DNA from: Tubiluchus corallicola
Lineage: Eukaryota; Animalia; Priapulida
Length of the DNA: 64,000 nt
NCBI GenBank assembly: GCA_030141605.1
Contig: JAQGDQ010000140.1
Location: 1 to 64,000, forward strand
Direction: 5' to 3'
The notes below the pieces were generated by a model. It was given only the letters and a program-made list of their open reading frames with translations. It was not told where the DNA came from and did not search any database. This document shows positions 57,201 to 62,840 of this stretch, piece after piece. The position numbers and the translations under genes are program-made. The first letter of the stretch is position 1; each line of letters begins with the position of its first letter.

Positions 57201-60200
57201 TGAGTGGATATTATAAAGTTGAATTTCTGTAGATATGTTACTTTATTAACATCGCATTACTTGTTTTACTAACATCTTTAACTTTGTAAGCTGTATATTT
57301 TTATGCGAAATAAACTCATAATAATAATAATAATAATAAAAACATGGGTGTTAGAGTAAATGAAAAATCAAACATGATCCATTGATTTACAAGGCAAATG
57401 ATGAAGAGGCACTAAAGGCTGATTTTGCACCCTTTTTGATTATGAAAATAATATGAACTATTTATAAATATTGTATAGAACTTACAAAGTTTTCACACAT
57501 TGAAAAAAGTGCACAACAATTATACAACCTTGTTTGCAATTAAAACAGACAGCAACAGTGGCTAATCAGACACCACAGTTGGAGAGATAAAGAACTAATC
57601 GCCATACACATACGTATAAACACACTTGCATAAGGATACATTACTCTTTACAATAATAAACGACTAATTAACTGAAGAAGAAAGAAGGAACTGAAAAGCT
57701 GTGACTCAACCAGGGTTTGAACTCAGAACCTTGGATTTCAAGTCAAATGTTCGGCCATTTGATCTAATAATTCACGTAGCAGAGTAAATCTGAGATTACA
57801 TTCTAGTGGTTACAGTATCAATCAAACCACCTACACGATGCTGGCAATTTATCACTACATCATTTGAATACGCACATCATTGACACATACTCGCATGCAT
57901 TGCATAAATGCACACATACACATACACATACATAAACATACTCAGTGACAAGAATTTTTCTACACATCATAACAAAAGTATCTCTTAAAATGACTTGTTG
58001 CTGGCAATGCTTTGAACCCTATTAGCCTTTAATAAGTCAAGGTGCGACATTTACAGATGCAAAAAGAATTCAAAGAATCCGCAACGAGTGTTACAAACAC
58101 CATACCTGCAAACTTTGCAGAAAAAGCGTCCCTCTCTAAGACGGCTCATATTAGTGACCCGAGTTGGTGGTACGTCTGTTTTCACATCACCACTTTCAAT
58201 TGCTCTCAGAATTATCTGCGTGAAAAATGGAAATGTGAGCAAACAAATACCAGATTTTAGCTCCAAGTTTGGAGTTAGAGAAAGTCTCACACACAAAATC
58301 AACAATTTCCCTAGGATAACAAGCAAACAATCAGTAAACATTAAAACTGATGTATAAAAGGTTCACTAAGTCAGCTATCTATAAAAAAAGTTGTCAGTAA
58401 AGCAAGGCGTCATTAAGTCCTATATTAAGTGTTACAGAAAGTTAACTAGAATACATGTTTATTTCCTATTATTGTCAAAAGTACAAGATTTTTTAATGCA
58501 TGTTAATATAACAGAAATAACGCATATTAATTGATAAAAAACAATGTTGCGTTTTTATTTTATTTTTTATCACTTTAAACATTTGTAAGGGCAACGCGTT
58601 TTCAGTTTTTCATTTTTCTTCGAATGTTTTTAAATCTTGTAACTTATGAAATTTACTTTGCATGTGAACAGGTTTCATCTTTTTGATTAGGAATGCCTTC
58701 AGCTTCTACAAATTCTTTGGGTGACTCTGGATATAAGGTGTCACCGTTTCTGTGGCAAAAGATACTTCGTTTAAGTCCCTGGACTGAGTCCAGTCCACTA
58801 GTATTTTATCACCATAATACGGCTTCAGGCTATCTATGTGAACTACTTTAGGACTAGATTTAGAATACTTTTGAATTTTGAACATGAGGACTGATGAATG
58901 AATATGAGAAACATTCAATAAATTCTGGTAAATTTTTTTGTTCTTACTTTTAGATGCCTCGACAATGAACAGCATTGGTCGAAACCGGTCGGCAATAAAT
59001 TCCATTTAAGCAAGTACTTGTGATCACATTAAGCGCATAAAAATACACATTTAACTACAACACAACCTACCCTAAAAAGATTATCAGTCATCGGTATGCC
59101 CATAGCTTGACTAACTACTAGCACCCTCTCTTGTCTAGAAAACATTACAAAACATTTCATAGAAAATAAAATTGATTAGAAATTATTAAACTCTAATTAA
59201 ACAAAACTCAAATTTTGTGCATTAAAGAGCAATGTCACAAAAAGTGTTAACATCTAGAAGCTGTTTGTATTTCATGATTTATATAATTAGTATTAATAAT
59301 TATTAGTTCTATAGTACTCAATAAAAAAGTTATTCGCACTGAATTGTTGGTATTATAGACAGGAAACTGTCACTTATATGCAACTTATATGCAATTATAC
59401 ATAATATGCAATTAAATGTACCTTGTTATTTAAAACTTATAATAAATAATATGAATAAATAAAAACTACGTGATTATTTTTACCTTTCACTATGCTCTTT
59501 TGTGTTTTTATGCTCGATTAAGGCAAGATTGGTCGCAAAGTACTTCCTAAAAGAAACAAAAAGAGCACTTGTATTATCATCGAAAATCAAACCACCAATC
59601 TAGTGACAATTATCAAAGCTATTCATAATGAATTTAAATACAAGAAATGGGGAGGACAATATAAAAAGCAAAGCAAGCAAGGTAAATGCACAAAAAGAGC
59701 TGAAAATGGTAAAGCACGACAATAGCAAAAATGAAGTTTCTGTCGGGAATCTACCATGAAGGAGCAGCTTAAGGAAAAATGTTAGTTGACCTCTTGACCT
59801 GCAAATTATTTGAAAATACAAAGGAAGACATAGGGATGAACAAGGAAGAAAGACACAGAGATTTCACCTGATGTTTTTTGAGCATTATATCAAATAATAA
59901 TGTTGATGATGATGATGATGACAATAATAATAATAATAATAATGATAATAATGCTAATAATAATAATGATAATGATAATGATTAATAATAATAATGAATA
60001 ATAATGATTAATAATAATAATAATAATAATAATGATGATAAATAATAATAATAATAAAATAATAATAATAATAATAATAACAATAATAATAATCATAATA
60101 AATAATAATAATAGTAATCATGATCATCATGAATAATCGTTTATACGTCTAATGTTAATCTTTTAACAATTGCCCACAAAAACGAAACAAAAGCAAATCA

Positions 60201-62840
60201 TTATTATACATAAAACTGAATGCAAATGCTATAAATTCTGACCATTTAGTAGTTTGAATTTTAACATAAACTTACAAGCAACAATAGACTTACAAGCAAC
60301 AATAGCAAGGCCAACTTCCACAGGCAATGGATGCATCACTATCCTAAAAAAGCAATGATAGTGGTATAACAATAGTGTTAATATGAGCATATTAATATCT
60401 CTCATCAAGTAATACATGTTACAGTAAATTGTGCAAGATCTTAAGCAAATGAATTTGGTCTATCAGAAAAACTCCCTTTAAATCTTAACACCGCAGTTTG
60501 ACAAATGAAAAGACACAAGTTTAAAATGCAGTTGGTTGGCATCCTTCTGTCTCAGAAGACAATGGAGTGTGCGCCAAGAGAGTCAGTTATTGATCAACTG
60601 ATGGAACTGCAGTGTCGACTGTGGCTGAGCAGTGCAATCCTTTAACGTCTCCAGGGCACACGCCTGGGCAAGGTGTATGGAGGTCCTGAGTTGCCCAGAC
60701 AACAGGAACCCCCTCTCTTCCTCGCTCGTGTAGTCCAAAGGAAAGCGGAGCAATACATTTGGCACCAGGTTGGCTGCAGGAGCTGCCGGAGTCAGTGAGC
60801 ATGCTGCACTGGTCCGTCTTCGGGGCTCCACTCCTGATTTGGAAAATCTACTTCTCTATACATGGCTGTAGGGTCACTTGACCTTCTCCGCCCTCTAGCC
60901 GTTGGCTGCTTGTGCAGCTCCTCCGCCTAGTGTCGAGATACAGTGTGGGCATCCCGCAAGCCTACAACACCTGGTATTCCTAAGCGATCACCCATCCAAG
61001 TACTAACCAGGCTCTATGCTGCTTAACTTTGGTGATCAGACGAGAACTGGTGTTTTTAACATGATTTGGTCGTAGTGTAAAAACACAGTAAGTTTCTAAT
61101 ACAACTAATGAATCACACTTAATGTGAACTAGAATGAAGTAGTTGACATATTTAGCTGATAGCCAGTATCCACAGTTAAGCAACAATAAATCTGACATAT
61201 GCCTGAATGAATTCTGTGACATGTCAAATAATATGTCGACATGTCAAACAATTTTACTAATATACTTCCTATAAAACATATACTTTTCCCTTTGAGGATT
61301 ATTATTCCACAGAGGACTCTAATGAAGAAATGAATATATCATACCACCACAACTAACGGCGTTAAATTTTTAAAAATAAATAACTACTACCTTGTGTCCC
61401 TTTTCTGTATCTGCCTCATCACCATTTCCCAGTTTTTTCTGACGTAGGTTTCTCATGATGGCACTGAAATTAGAAATTATTTCAATTAAAAAGTTTATAT
61501 TACACTATACTGTTTAGTAAACATTTTAACTGAATGTTAGGACTACAGGTTAAAATCCCAGAATTTATTGAAACAATAATTTGGCAATAATGTACAAAAG
61601 TGCTACAATTAAAAATTCATTGCAGTTTACTATTGAGTAATTCAGCAACAATGAATCCAATAAAACTTATCTTTGCAAAGTTATTCGTCTTGCTAAAATT
61701 TATTTTTCCCTAGTGCAAGAGCAGGAAATCTTTTTTTCCCTGTTTTGCGCATTCTTCCTTTAATTCATTTATATGTTGATTTGTTCACTCATTTATGAAT
61801 TTGTCAAATAAGGAAAGAAAATAAACAAGCGCTAATGATTATATTTTGTAAACGCTTACTTTTGACGATGAGACAAGGTCAACTCGTGCTCTGAAACTGG
61901 CATATTATGACTCCTCCTGCAATGCAAAATTTGGGTCTAAATCAATGGCGGTCAATCGAATTTGAATGAATAATGATGATCACAGTCAACACCAAGCTGA
62001 ATAATCAATAGTATTTAAAAAAACATTGTACGATGATACGAACGTTAAAGCTATTCGTCAATGAAGCTCTTGGAAATTACGGAAACTAGAATAATAATTT
62101 TAAAACACACATTTTACTTAATGGACTCCAGGACAGTAGTATCTCAGTAAATTGTAGGATATTTACTCATGCGCATGATTATAATAAAGAAACTAAACAT
62201 TTTAACTTGAGCTGAATTCTATATTTTCAGTTGAAAATGTCATGTATTATACGTTTGTTTGCCTCATATGTACTAGATTGCGACTGTCTTTTTCATTAGT
62301 TAATATGCTTGTCTAATTGTGGATACCTACAGTAGCAGCAAACAAAACAGCTAAGTATTTCCAAGTGTGTATTCTACCATAATTTGGTTACTGATGATTT
62401 GATGAGTGATATTGGGTGTTTGGCATCAGAAGTTTAAATCTTAAGAAAATTCTACGCATAATCTGTATTTTCGACAATTCTAGCTGCCACCCAAACTGCC
62501 CTTTTTCATACTTATATCATCTATCTGCAAAAACCTTAAACAGTAAGGCCTATGGCTCTGCAGTCACGCTAATTGTTATGTAGATACTAATTATGCACTT
62601 TGTCTTTCATGTTTTGTATATGTATTATCTCTGTAACCAGAAAACTTTTGTATCAGTTTTACTGAATGTCGAAAGGTTGTAAAATAAATATGTTTAAACT
62701 AAATGACACCAAAGACAAAGTAATAAGTAATTATAAAAATTATTATTTGTGCTACCAGCTAAGAATGCTTACAAGCAAATGTGACAGTATGTCGGAGTGC
62801 CCGATTCCTCTGTGACGTCATGCACTTTTGCTTTTGCTGC
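766..62840 (-). CDS. Partial multi-exon gene (52 exons in window, ~1954 aa, both ends outside window) for a poly-zinc-finger protein with 18 matrin/U1/JAZ-like C2H2 fingers
   Basis: All exons listed below have ag/gt boundaries and join in frame without stops; summed length 5864 nt (phase-0 start, phase-2 end); repeated CxxC...H-x4/5-H motifs. Confidence 0.9.
1306..1958. mobile_element. Non-autonomous DNA transposon-like repeat with imperfect TIRs
   Basis: Ends gtgtgcttgca / tgcaagcacac; second copy at ~30918-31478. Confidence 0.65.
1997..2079 (-). CDS. Exon, finger 18 Cys half
   Basis: ttttag|[27 protein letters not shown](Q)|gtacgt, 83 nt. Confidence 0.9.
2445..3007. mobile_element. Tc1/mariner (pogo/Tigger-like) MITE
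   Basis: TIRs cagttttccctcacttatcgcgg / ccgcgaagtagcgagggaaccctg flanked by TA. Confidence 0.75.
3564..3621 (-). CDS. Linker exon 17
   Basis: gtttag|[19 protein letters not shown]|gtaaaa, 58 nt. Confidence 0.88.
3683..4030. repeat. Dispersed repeat with internal hairpin; second copy ~10963-11440 (hairpin unit duplicated)
   Basis: Near-identical actatgaattttgtttcacacatc...; ggtgagtgt...acactcacc stem. Confidence 0.8.
5155..5220 (-). CDS. Exon, finger 17 His half
   Basis: tcacag|[21 protein letters not shown](R)|gtatgt, 66 nt. Confidence 0.9.
5466..5898 (-). mobile_element. Retroposed insertion with A-rich tail and 7-bp TSD, nested in another repeat
   Basis: tagtatg at 5459-5465 and 5899-5905; T-run plus ttttatt at left end; host repeat uninterrupted at ~28452-28580 and ~32470-32590. 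Confidence 0.65.
6369..6869 (+). mobile_element. 5S rRNA-headed SINE (SINE3-type), probable RTE-type body/tail
   Basis: ~6369-6485 matches metazoan 5S rRNA; no T4+ terminator; GC-rich body; (caa)n tail; 12-bp TSD atacaaactagt at 6357-6368 and 6870-6881. Confidence 0.88.
7736..7818 (-). CDS. Exon, finger 17 Cys half
   Basis: ttgcag|[27 protein letters not shown](R)|gtaagt, 83 nt. Confidence 0.9.
7860..8200 (-). mobile_element. Two adjacent degenerate tRNA-derived SINE heads
   Basis: tggtgtaacggttagcg...gttcgagtccc and ggttcaagttc motifs sharing flanking sequence ctgacttttc.gactcagaaa. Confidence 0.5.
9161..9218 (-). CDS. Linker exon 16
   Basis: gtttag|[19 protein letters not shown]|gtaaac, 58 nt. 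Confidence 0.88.
10858..10923 (-). CDS. Exon, finger 16 His half
   Basis: ttatag|[21 protein letters not shown](G)|gtatgt, 66 nt. Confidence 0.9.
11640..12282. repeat. Fold-back element: ~235-bp inverted arms with nested hairpin (11876-11985)
   Basis: e.g. aagaaatgcagcattgcaaagttgaaa vs tttcaactttgcaatgctgcatttctt. Confidence 0.85.
12954..13036 (-). CDS. Exon, finger 16 Cys half
   Basis: ttgcag|[27 protein letters not shown](Q)|gtatgt, 83 nt. Confidence 0.9.
13054..13750. repeat. 47-bp minisatellite, ~14-15 copies
   Basis: aatccataattaagcataaatcctagaaatgcttcattatcattaac. Confidence 0.95.
13876..13930 (-). CDS. Linker exon 15
   Basis: taatag|[18 protein letters not shown]|gtaagc, 55 nt. 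Confidence 0.8.
14902..14967 (-). CDS. Exon, finger 15 His half
   Basis: ttctag|[21 protein letters not shown](G)|gtacgt, 66 nt. Confidence 0.9.
15090..16109. repeat. 33-bp minisatellite, ~31 copies
   Basis: agaagaattcacagataattataaataaaatac. Confidence 0.95.
16128..16210 (-). CDS. Exon, finger 15 Cys half
   Basis: tttcag|[27 protein letters not shown](Q)|gtatgt, 83 nt. Confidence 0.9.
17378..17610. repeat. 43-bp minisatellite, ~5 copies
   Basis: caaataacaaagctactaaattagccaatcagcaatcattgct. Confidence 0.95.
17840..17897 (-). CDS. Linker exon 14
   Basis: gtttag|[19 protein letters not shown]|gtaaat, 58 nt. Confidence 0.85.
18565..19044. mobile_element. hAT-type MITE
   Basis: TIR tagggttaccatat / atatggtaacccta; 8-bp TSD atcttatt/atcttata. 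Confidence 0.85.
19872..19937 (-). CDS. Exon, finger 14 His half
   Basis: ttgcag|[21 protein letters not shown](W)|gtatgt, 66 nt. Confidence 0.9.
20577..20659 (-). CDS. Exon, finger 14 Cys half
   Basis: ttacag|[27 protein letters not shown](Q)|gtgagt, 83 nt. Confidence 0.9.
21190..22042. repeat. 21/23-bp minisatellite
   Basis: tgtgcccaaacaga(tt/tg/tc)acgcac(tc) units. Confidence 0.95.
22713..23191. mobile_element. hAT (Charlie-like) MITE, degenerate
   Basis: ggttcccaacctt ... aaggttggaaaccactg, subterminal ggggtcgc motifs. Confidence 0.7.
24815..24872 (-). CDS. Linker exon 13
   Basis: ttttag|[19 protein letters not shown]|gtaatc, 58 nt. Confidence 0.85.
24977..25257. mobile_element. MITE-like inverted repeat (~55-bp arms)
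   Basis: gtgagttcagtgtgttgcccagaagatggtgcta vs tagcgccatcttctgggcagcacactaaactcac. Confidence 0.7.
25735..25794 (-). CDS. Exon, finger 13 His half
   Basis: ttccag|[19 protein letters not shown](G)|gtaaga, 60 nt. Confidence 0.87.
26672..26757 (-). CDS. Exon, finger 13 Cys half
   Basis: ttgtag|[28 protein letters not shown](Q)|gtatgc, 86 nt. Confidence 0.88.
27228..27285 (-). CDS. Linker exon 12
   Basis: ttttag|[19 protein letters not shown]|gtaaat, 58 nt. Confidence 0.83.
27300..28200 (+). mobile_element. Degraded L2/CR1-clade LINE 3' fragment interrupted by a palindromic insertion
   Basis: [14 protein letters not shown] at ~27350-27420 and [16 protein letters not shown] at ~28005-28055, typical ORF2 C-terminal motifs. 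Confidence 0.7.
27421..27765. repeat. Palindrome with ~140-bp arms carrying a hammerhead-like motif
   Basis: acaaacatacaaccagtttatataggcagag vs ctctgcctatataaactggttgtatgtttgt; ctgatga...gaaac. Confidence 0.85.
28929..29009 (-). CDS. Exon, finger 12 His half
   Basis: ttctag|[26 protein letters not shown](M)|gtaagt, 81 nt. Confidence 0.85.
29310..29712. repeat. (GA)n microsatellite / polypurine tract
   Basis: direct reading. Confidence 0.97.
30457..30566 (-). CDS. Exon, finger 12 Cys half
   Basis: ctgcag|[36 protein letters not shown](R)|gtatat, 110 nt. Confidence 0.88.
30918..31478. mobile_element. Truncated copy of the 1306-1958 repeat
   Basis: Colinear similarity (ccagaagtcggc.tagttaaaact, tcgtggaagcagtca, ttttctcaagatta). 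Confidence 0.7.
31887..31953 (-). CDS. Linker exon 11
   Basis: ttgcag|[22 protein letters not shown]|gtacgt, 67 nt. Confidence 0.87.
33735..33797 (-). CDS. Exon, finger 11 His half
   Basis: ttacag|[20 protein letters not shown](W)|gtacgt, 63 nt. Confidence 0.88.
34493..34855. mobile_element. MITE-like element with perfect 21-bp internal inverted repeat
   Basis: ggtcaaaggttaagtgtacca (34534-34554) / tggtacacttaacctttgacc (34795-34815). Confidence 0.6.
35186..35253 (-). CDS. Exon, finger 11 Cys half
   Basis: tttcag|[22 protein letters not shown](L)|gtatgt, 68 nt. Confidence 0.87.
35515..35790 (-). mobile_element. tRNA-headed SINE with (tta)n tail
   Basis: Minus strand tagtctagtgg (A box) ... 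gagttcgaacc (B box), then gagtcataccaaagacttaaaatggtacc; headless copy at ~9800-9965 (+). Confidence 0.78.
35903..35939 (-). CDS. Linker exon 10
   Basis: ttgcag|[12 protein letters not shown]|gtaagt, 37 nt. Confidence 0.82.
36040..36262. repeat. AT-rich minisatellite (attattcaatc motifs)
   Basis: direct reading. Confidence 0.85.
36497..36592 (-). CDS. Exon, finger 10 His half (long loop)
   Basis: ttgcag|[31 protein letters not shown]|gtgagt, 96 nt. Confidence 0.87.
36910..37019 (-). CDS. Exon, finger 10 Cys half
   Basis: tttcag|[36 protein letters not shown]|gtatat, 110 nt. Confidence 0.88.
38225..38592. repeat. 14/17-bp minisatellite gatgacgatggacacg(t/c)
   Basis: direct reading. Confidence 0.93.
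38669..38714 (-). CDS. Linker exon 9
   Basis: tttcag|[15 protein letters not shown]|gtatgt, 46 nt, phase 2-0. Confidence 0.72.
38838..38925. repeat. (CA)n microsatellite
   Basis: direct reading. Confidence 0.95.
39082..39144 (-). CDS. Exon, finger 9 His half
   Basis: ttatag|[20 protein letters not shown](R)|gtaagt, 63 nt. Confidence 0.87.
39400..39905. repeat. Degenerate ~30-bp tandem repeat (ctgactgtctagtaaatttaacaattgtgtc)
   Basis: direct reading. Confidence 0.8.
40216..40283 (-). CDS. Exon, finger 9 Cys half
   Basis: ttgcag|[22 protein letters not shown](L)|gtatgt, 68 nt. Confidence 0.85.
40678..41089. mobile_element. hAT (Charlie-like) MITE
   Basis: TIR caggggtgtgcaaa / tttgcacacccctg; TSD atgtagac/atgtagat; gcggccc subterminal motifs. 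Confidence 0.87.
41400..42050 (-). mobile_element. Degraded L2/CR1-clade LINE reverse transcriptase fragment
   Basis: Remnant motifs [41 protein letters not shown] with stops/frameshifts. Confidence 0.8.
42249..42282 (-). CDS. Linker exon 8
   Basis: tttcag|[11 protein letters not shown]|gtaaga, 34 nt, restores phase 2-0. Confidence 0.65.
42592..42666 (-). CDS. Exon, finger 8 His half
   Basis: tttcag|[24 protein letters not shown]|gttagt, 75 nt; paralogous to start of giant exon. Confidence 0.88.
43297..43412 (-). CDS. Exon, finger 8 Cys half
   Basis: ctccag|[38 protein letters not shown](Q)|gtacgt, 116 nt. Confidence 0.88.
43955..44450. repeat. (CATARR)n hexamer microsatellite
   Basis: direct reading. 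Confidence 0.95.
45066..45132 (-). CDS. Linker exon 7
   Basis: ttgcag|[22 protein letters not shown]|gtaagt, 67 nt. Confidence 0.87.
45989..46051 (-). CDS. Exon, finger 7 His half
   Basis: ttttag|[20 protein letters not shown](W)|gtgaga, 63 nt. Confidence 0.9.
46771..46835 (-). CDS. Exon, finger 7 Cys half
   Basis: ttttag|[21 protein letters not shown](S)|gtaagt, 65 nt. Confidence 0.87.
47245..47278 (-). CDS. Linker exon 6
   Basis: ttgtag|[11 protein letters not shown]|gtaaat, 34 nt. Confidence 0.75.
47630..47728 (-). CDS. Exon, finger 6 His half (long loop)
   Basis: ttacag|[32 protein letters not shown]|gtgagt, 99 nt. Confidence 0.87.
48048..48305. repeat. (TA)n/(CATA)n microsatellite
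   Basis: direct reading. Confidence 0.93.
48352..48615. repeat. Palindrome with ~125-bp arms; single-arm relative at ~58915-59007
   Basis: cagaatttagaaacatcgaaatacaattc vs gaattgtatttcgatgtttctaaattctg. Confidence 0.85.
48683..48792 (-). CDS. Exon, finger 6 Cys half
   Basis: gtctag|[36 protein letters not shown](R)|gtaagc, 110 nt. Confidence 0.9.
49597..51811 (-). CDS. Giant exon: finger 5 His half plus ~710 aa low-complexity region (V/T/A-rich repeats, VDTKVPG heptads, RS/RE-rich segment)
   Basis: tttcag|[21 protein letters not shown]...SDVKLFQ|gtattt, 2215 nt, phase 2-0; corresponds to ORF 49552..51786. Confidence 0.9.
52108..52217 (-). CDS. Exon, finger 5 Cys half
   Basis: acgcag|[36 protein letters not shown](Q)|gtaagt, 110 nt. 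Confidence 0.9.
52340..52700. repeat. Dispersed repeat, related copy ~63295-63640
   Basis: Shared attacttagcatt.cacttac, atgctctgattatttttt. Confidence 0.65.
53036..53102 (-). CDS. Linker exon 4
   Basis: ttttag|[22 protein letters not shown]|gtaagt, 67 nt. Confidence 0.87.
53129..53400. repeat. caata/cacaatgcaa compound repeat
   Basis: direct reading. Confidence 0.9.
54555..54617 (-). CDS. Exon, finger 4 His half
   Basis: ttccag|[20 protein letters not shown](W)|gtaagt, 63 nt. Confidence 0.9.
55494..55558 (-). CDS. Exon, finger 4 Cys half
   Basis: ttttag|[21 protein letters not shown](L)|gtacgt, 65 nt. Confidence 0.85.
55913..56055. repeat. 17-bp tandem repeat (agttatgaaaacaatgc + c/t; 18 bp unit)
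   Basis: direct reading; translates as [12 protein letters not shown] repeats on minus. Confidence 0.9.
56198..56231 (-). CDS. Linker exon 3
   Basis: ttgtag|[11 protein letters not shown]|gtaagt, 34 nt; paralogous to 47245 and 35903 exons. Confidence 0.8.
56612..56728 (-). CDS. Exon, finger 3 His half (long loop)
   Basis: tcttag|[38 protein letters not shown]|gtaagt, 117 nt; alternative in-frame acceptor at 56716. Confidence 0.8.
58106..58215 (-). CDS. Exon, finger 3 Cys half
   Basis: acgcag|[36 protein letters not shown]|gtatgg, 110 nt. Confidence 0.88.
58780..58910 (-). mobile_element. Possible Ty3/gypsy integrase C-terminal remnant
   Basis: [14 protein letters not shown] resembles the VVHxDRLKPY motif. 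Confidence 0.45.
59071..59134 (-). CDS. Linker exon 2
   Basis: ttctag|[21 protein letters not shown]|gtaggt, 64 nt, phase 2-0. Confidence 0.75.
59484..59546 (-). CDS. Exon, finger 2 His half
   Basis: ttttag|[20 protein letters not shown](R)|gtaaaa, 63 nt. Confidence 0.85.
59892..60135. repeat. (AAT)n/(GAT)n microsatellite
   Basis: direct reading. Confidence 0.95.
60294..60343 (-). CDS. Exon, finger 2 Cys half
   Basis: ttttag|[16 protein letters not shown](L)|gtaagt, 50 nt, phase 0-2. Confidence 0.78.
60531..61077 (-). mobile_element. Second copy of the 5S rRNA-headed SINE
   Basis: Reverse complement aligns along the 6369-6869 copy, with ~45 extra bp near the 3' end. Confidence 0.88.
61391..61463 (-). 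CDS. Linker exon 1
   Basis: tttcag|[24 protein letters not shown]|gtagta, 73 nt, phase 2-0. Confidence 0.75.
61860..61916 (-). CDS. Exon, finger 1 His half
   Basis: ttgcag|[18 protein letters not shown](N)|gtaagc, 57 nt, phase 2-2. Confidence 0.78.
62773..62840 (-). CDS. Exon, finger 1 Cys half
   Basis: tttcag|[22 protein letters not shown](L)|gtaagc, 68 nt, phase 0-2. Confidence 0.8.

Noticed and set aside
61391-61463. gccatcATG as the gene start
   Set aside because: Two upstream exons encode a complete in-frame finger, so the CDS starts earlier, probably beyond the window
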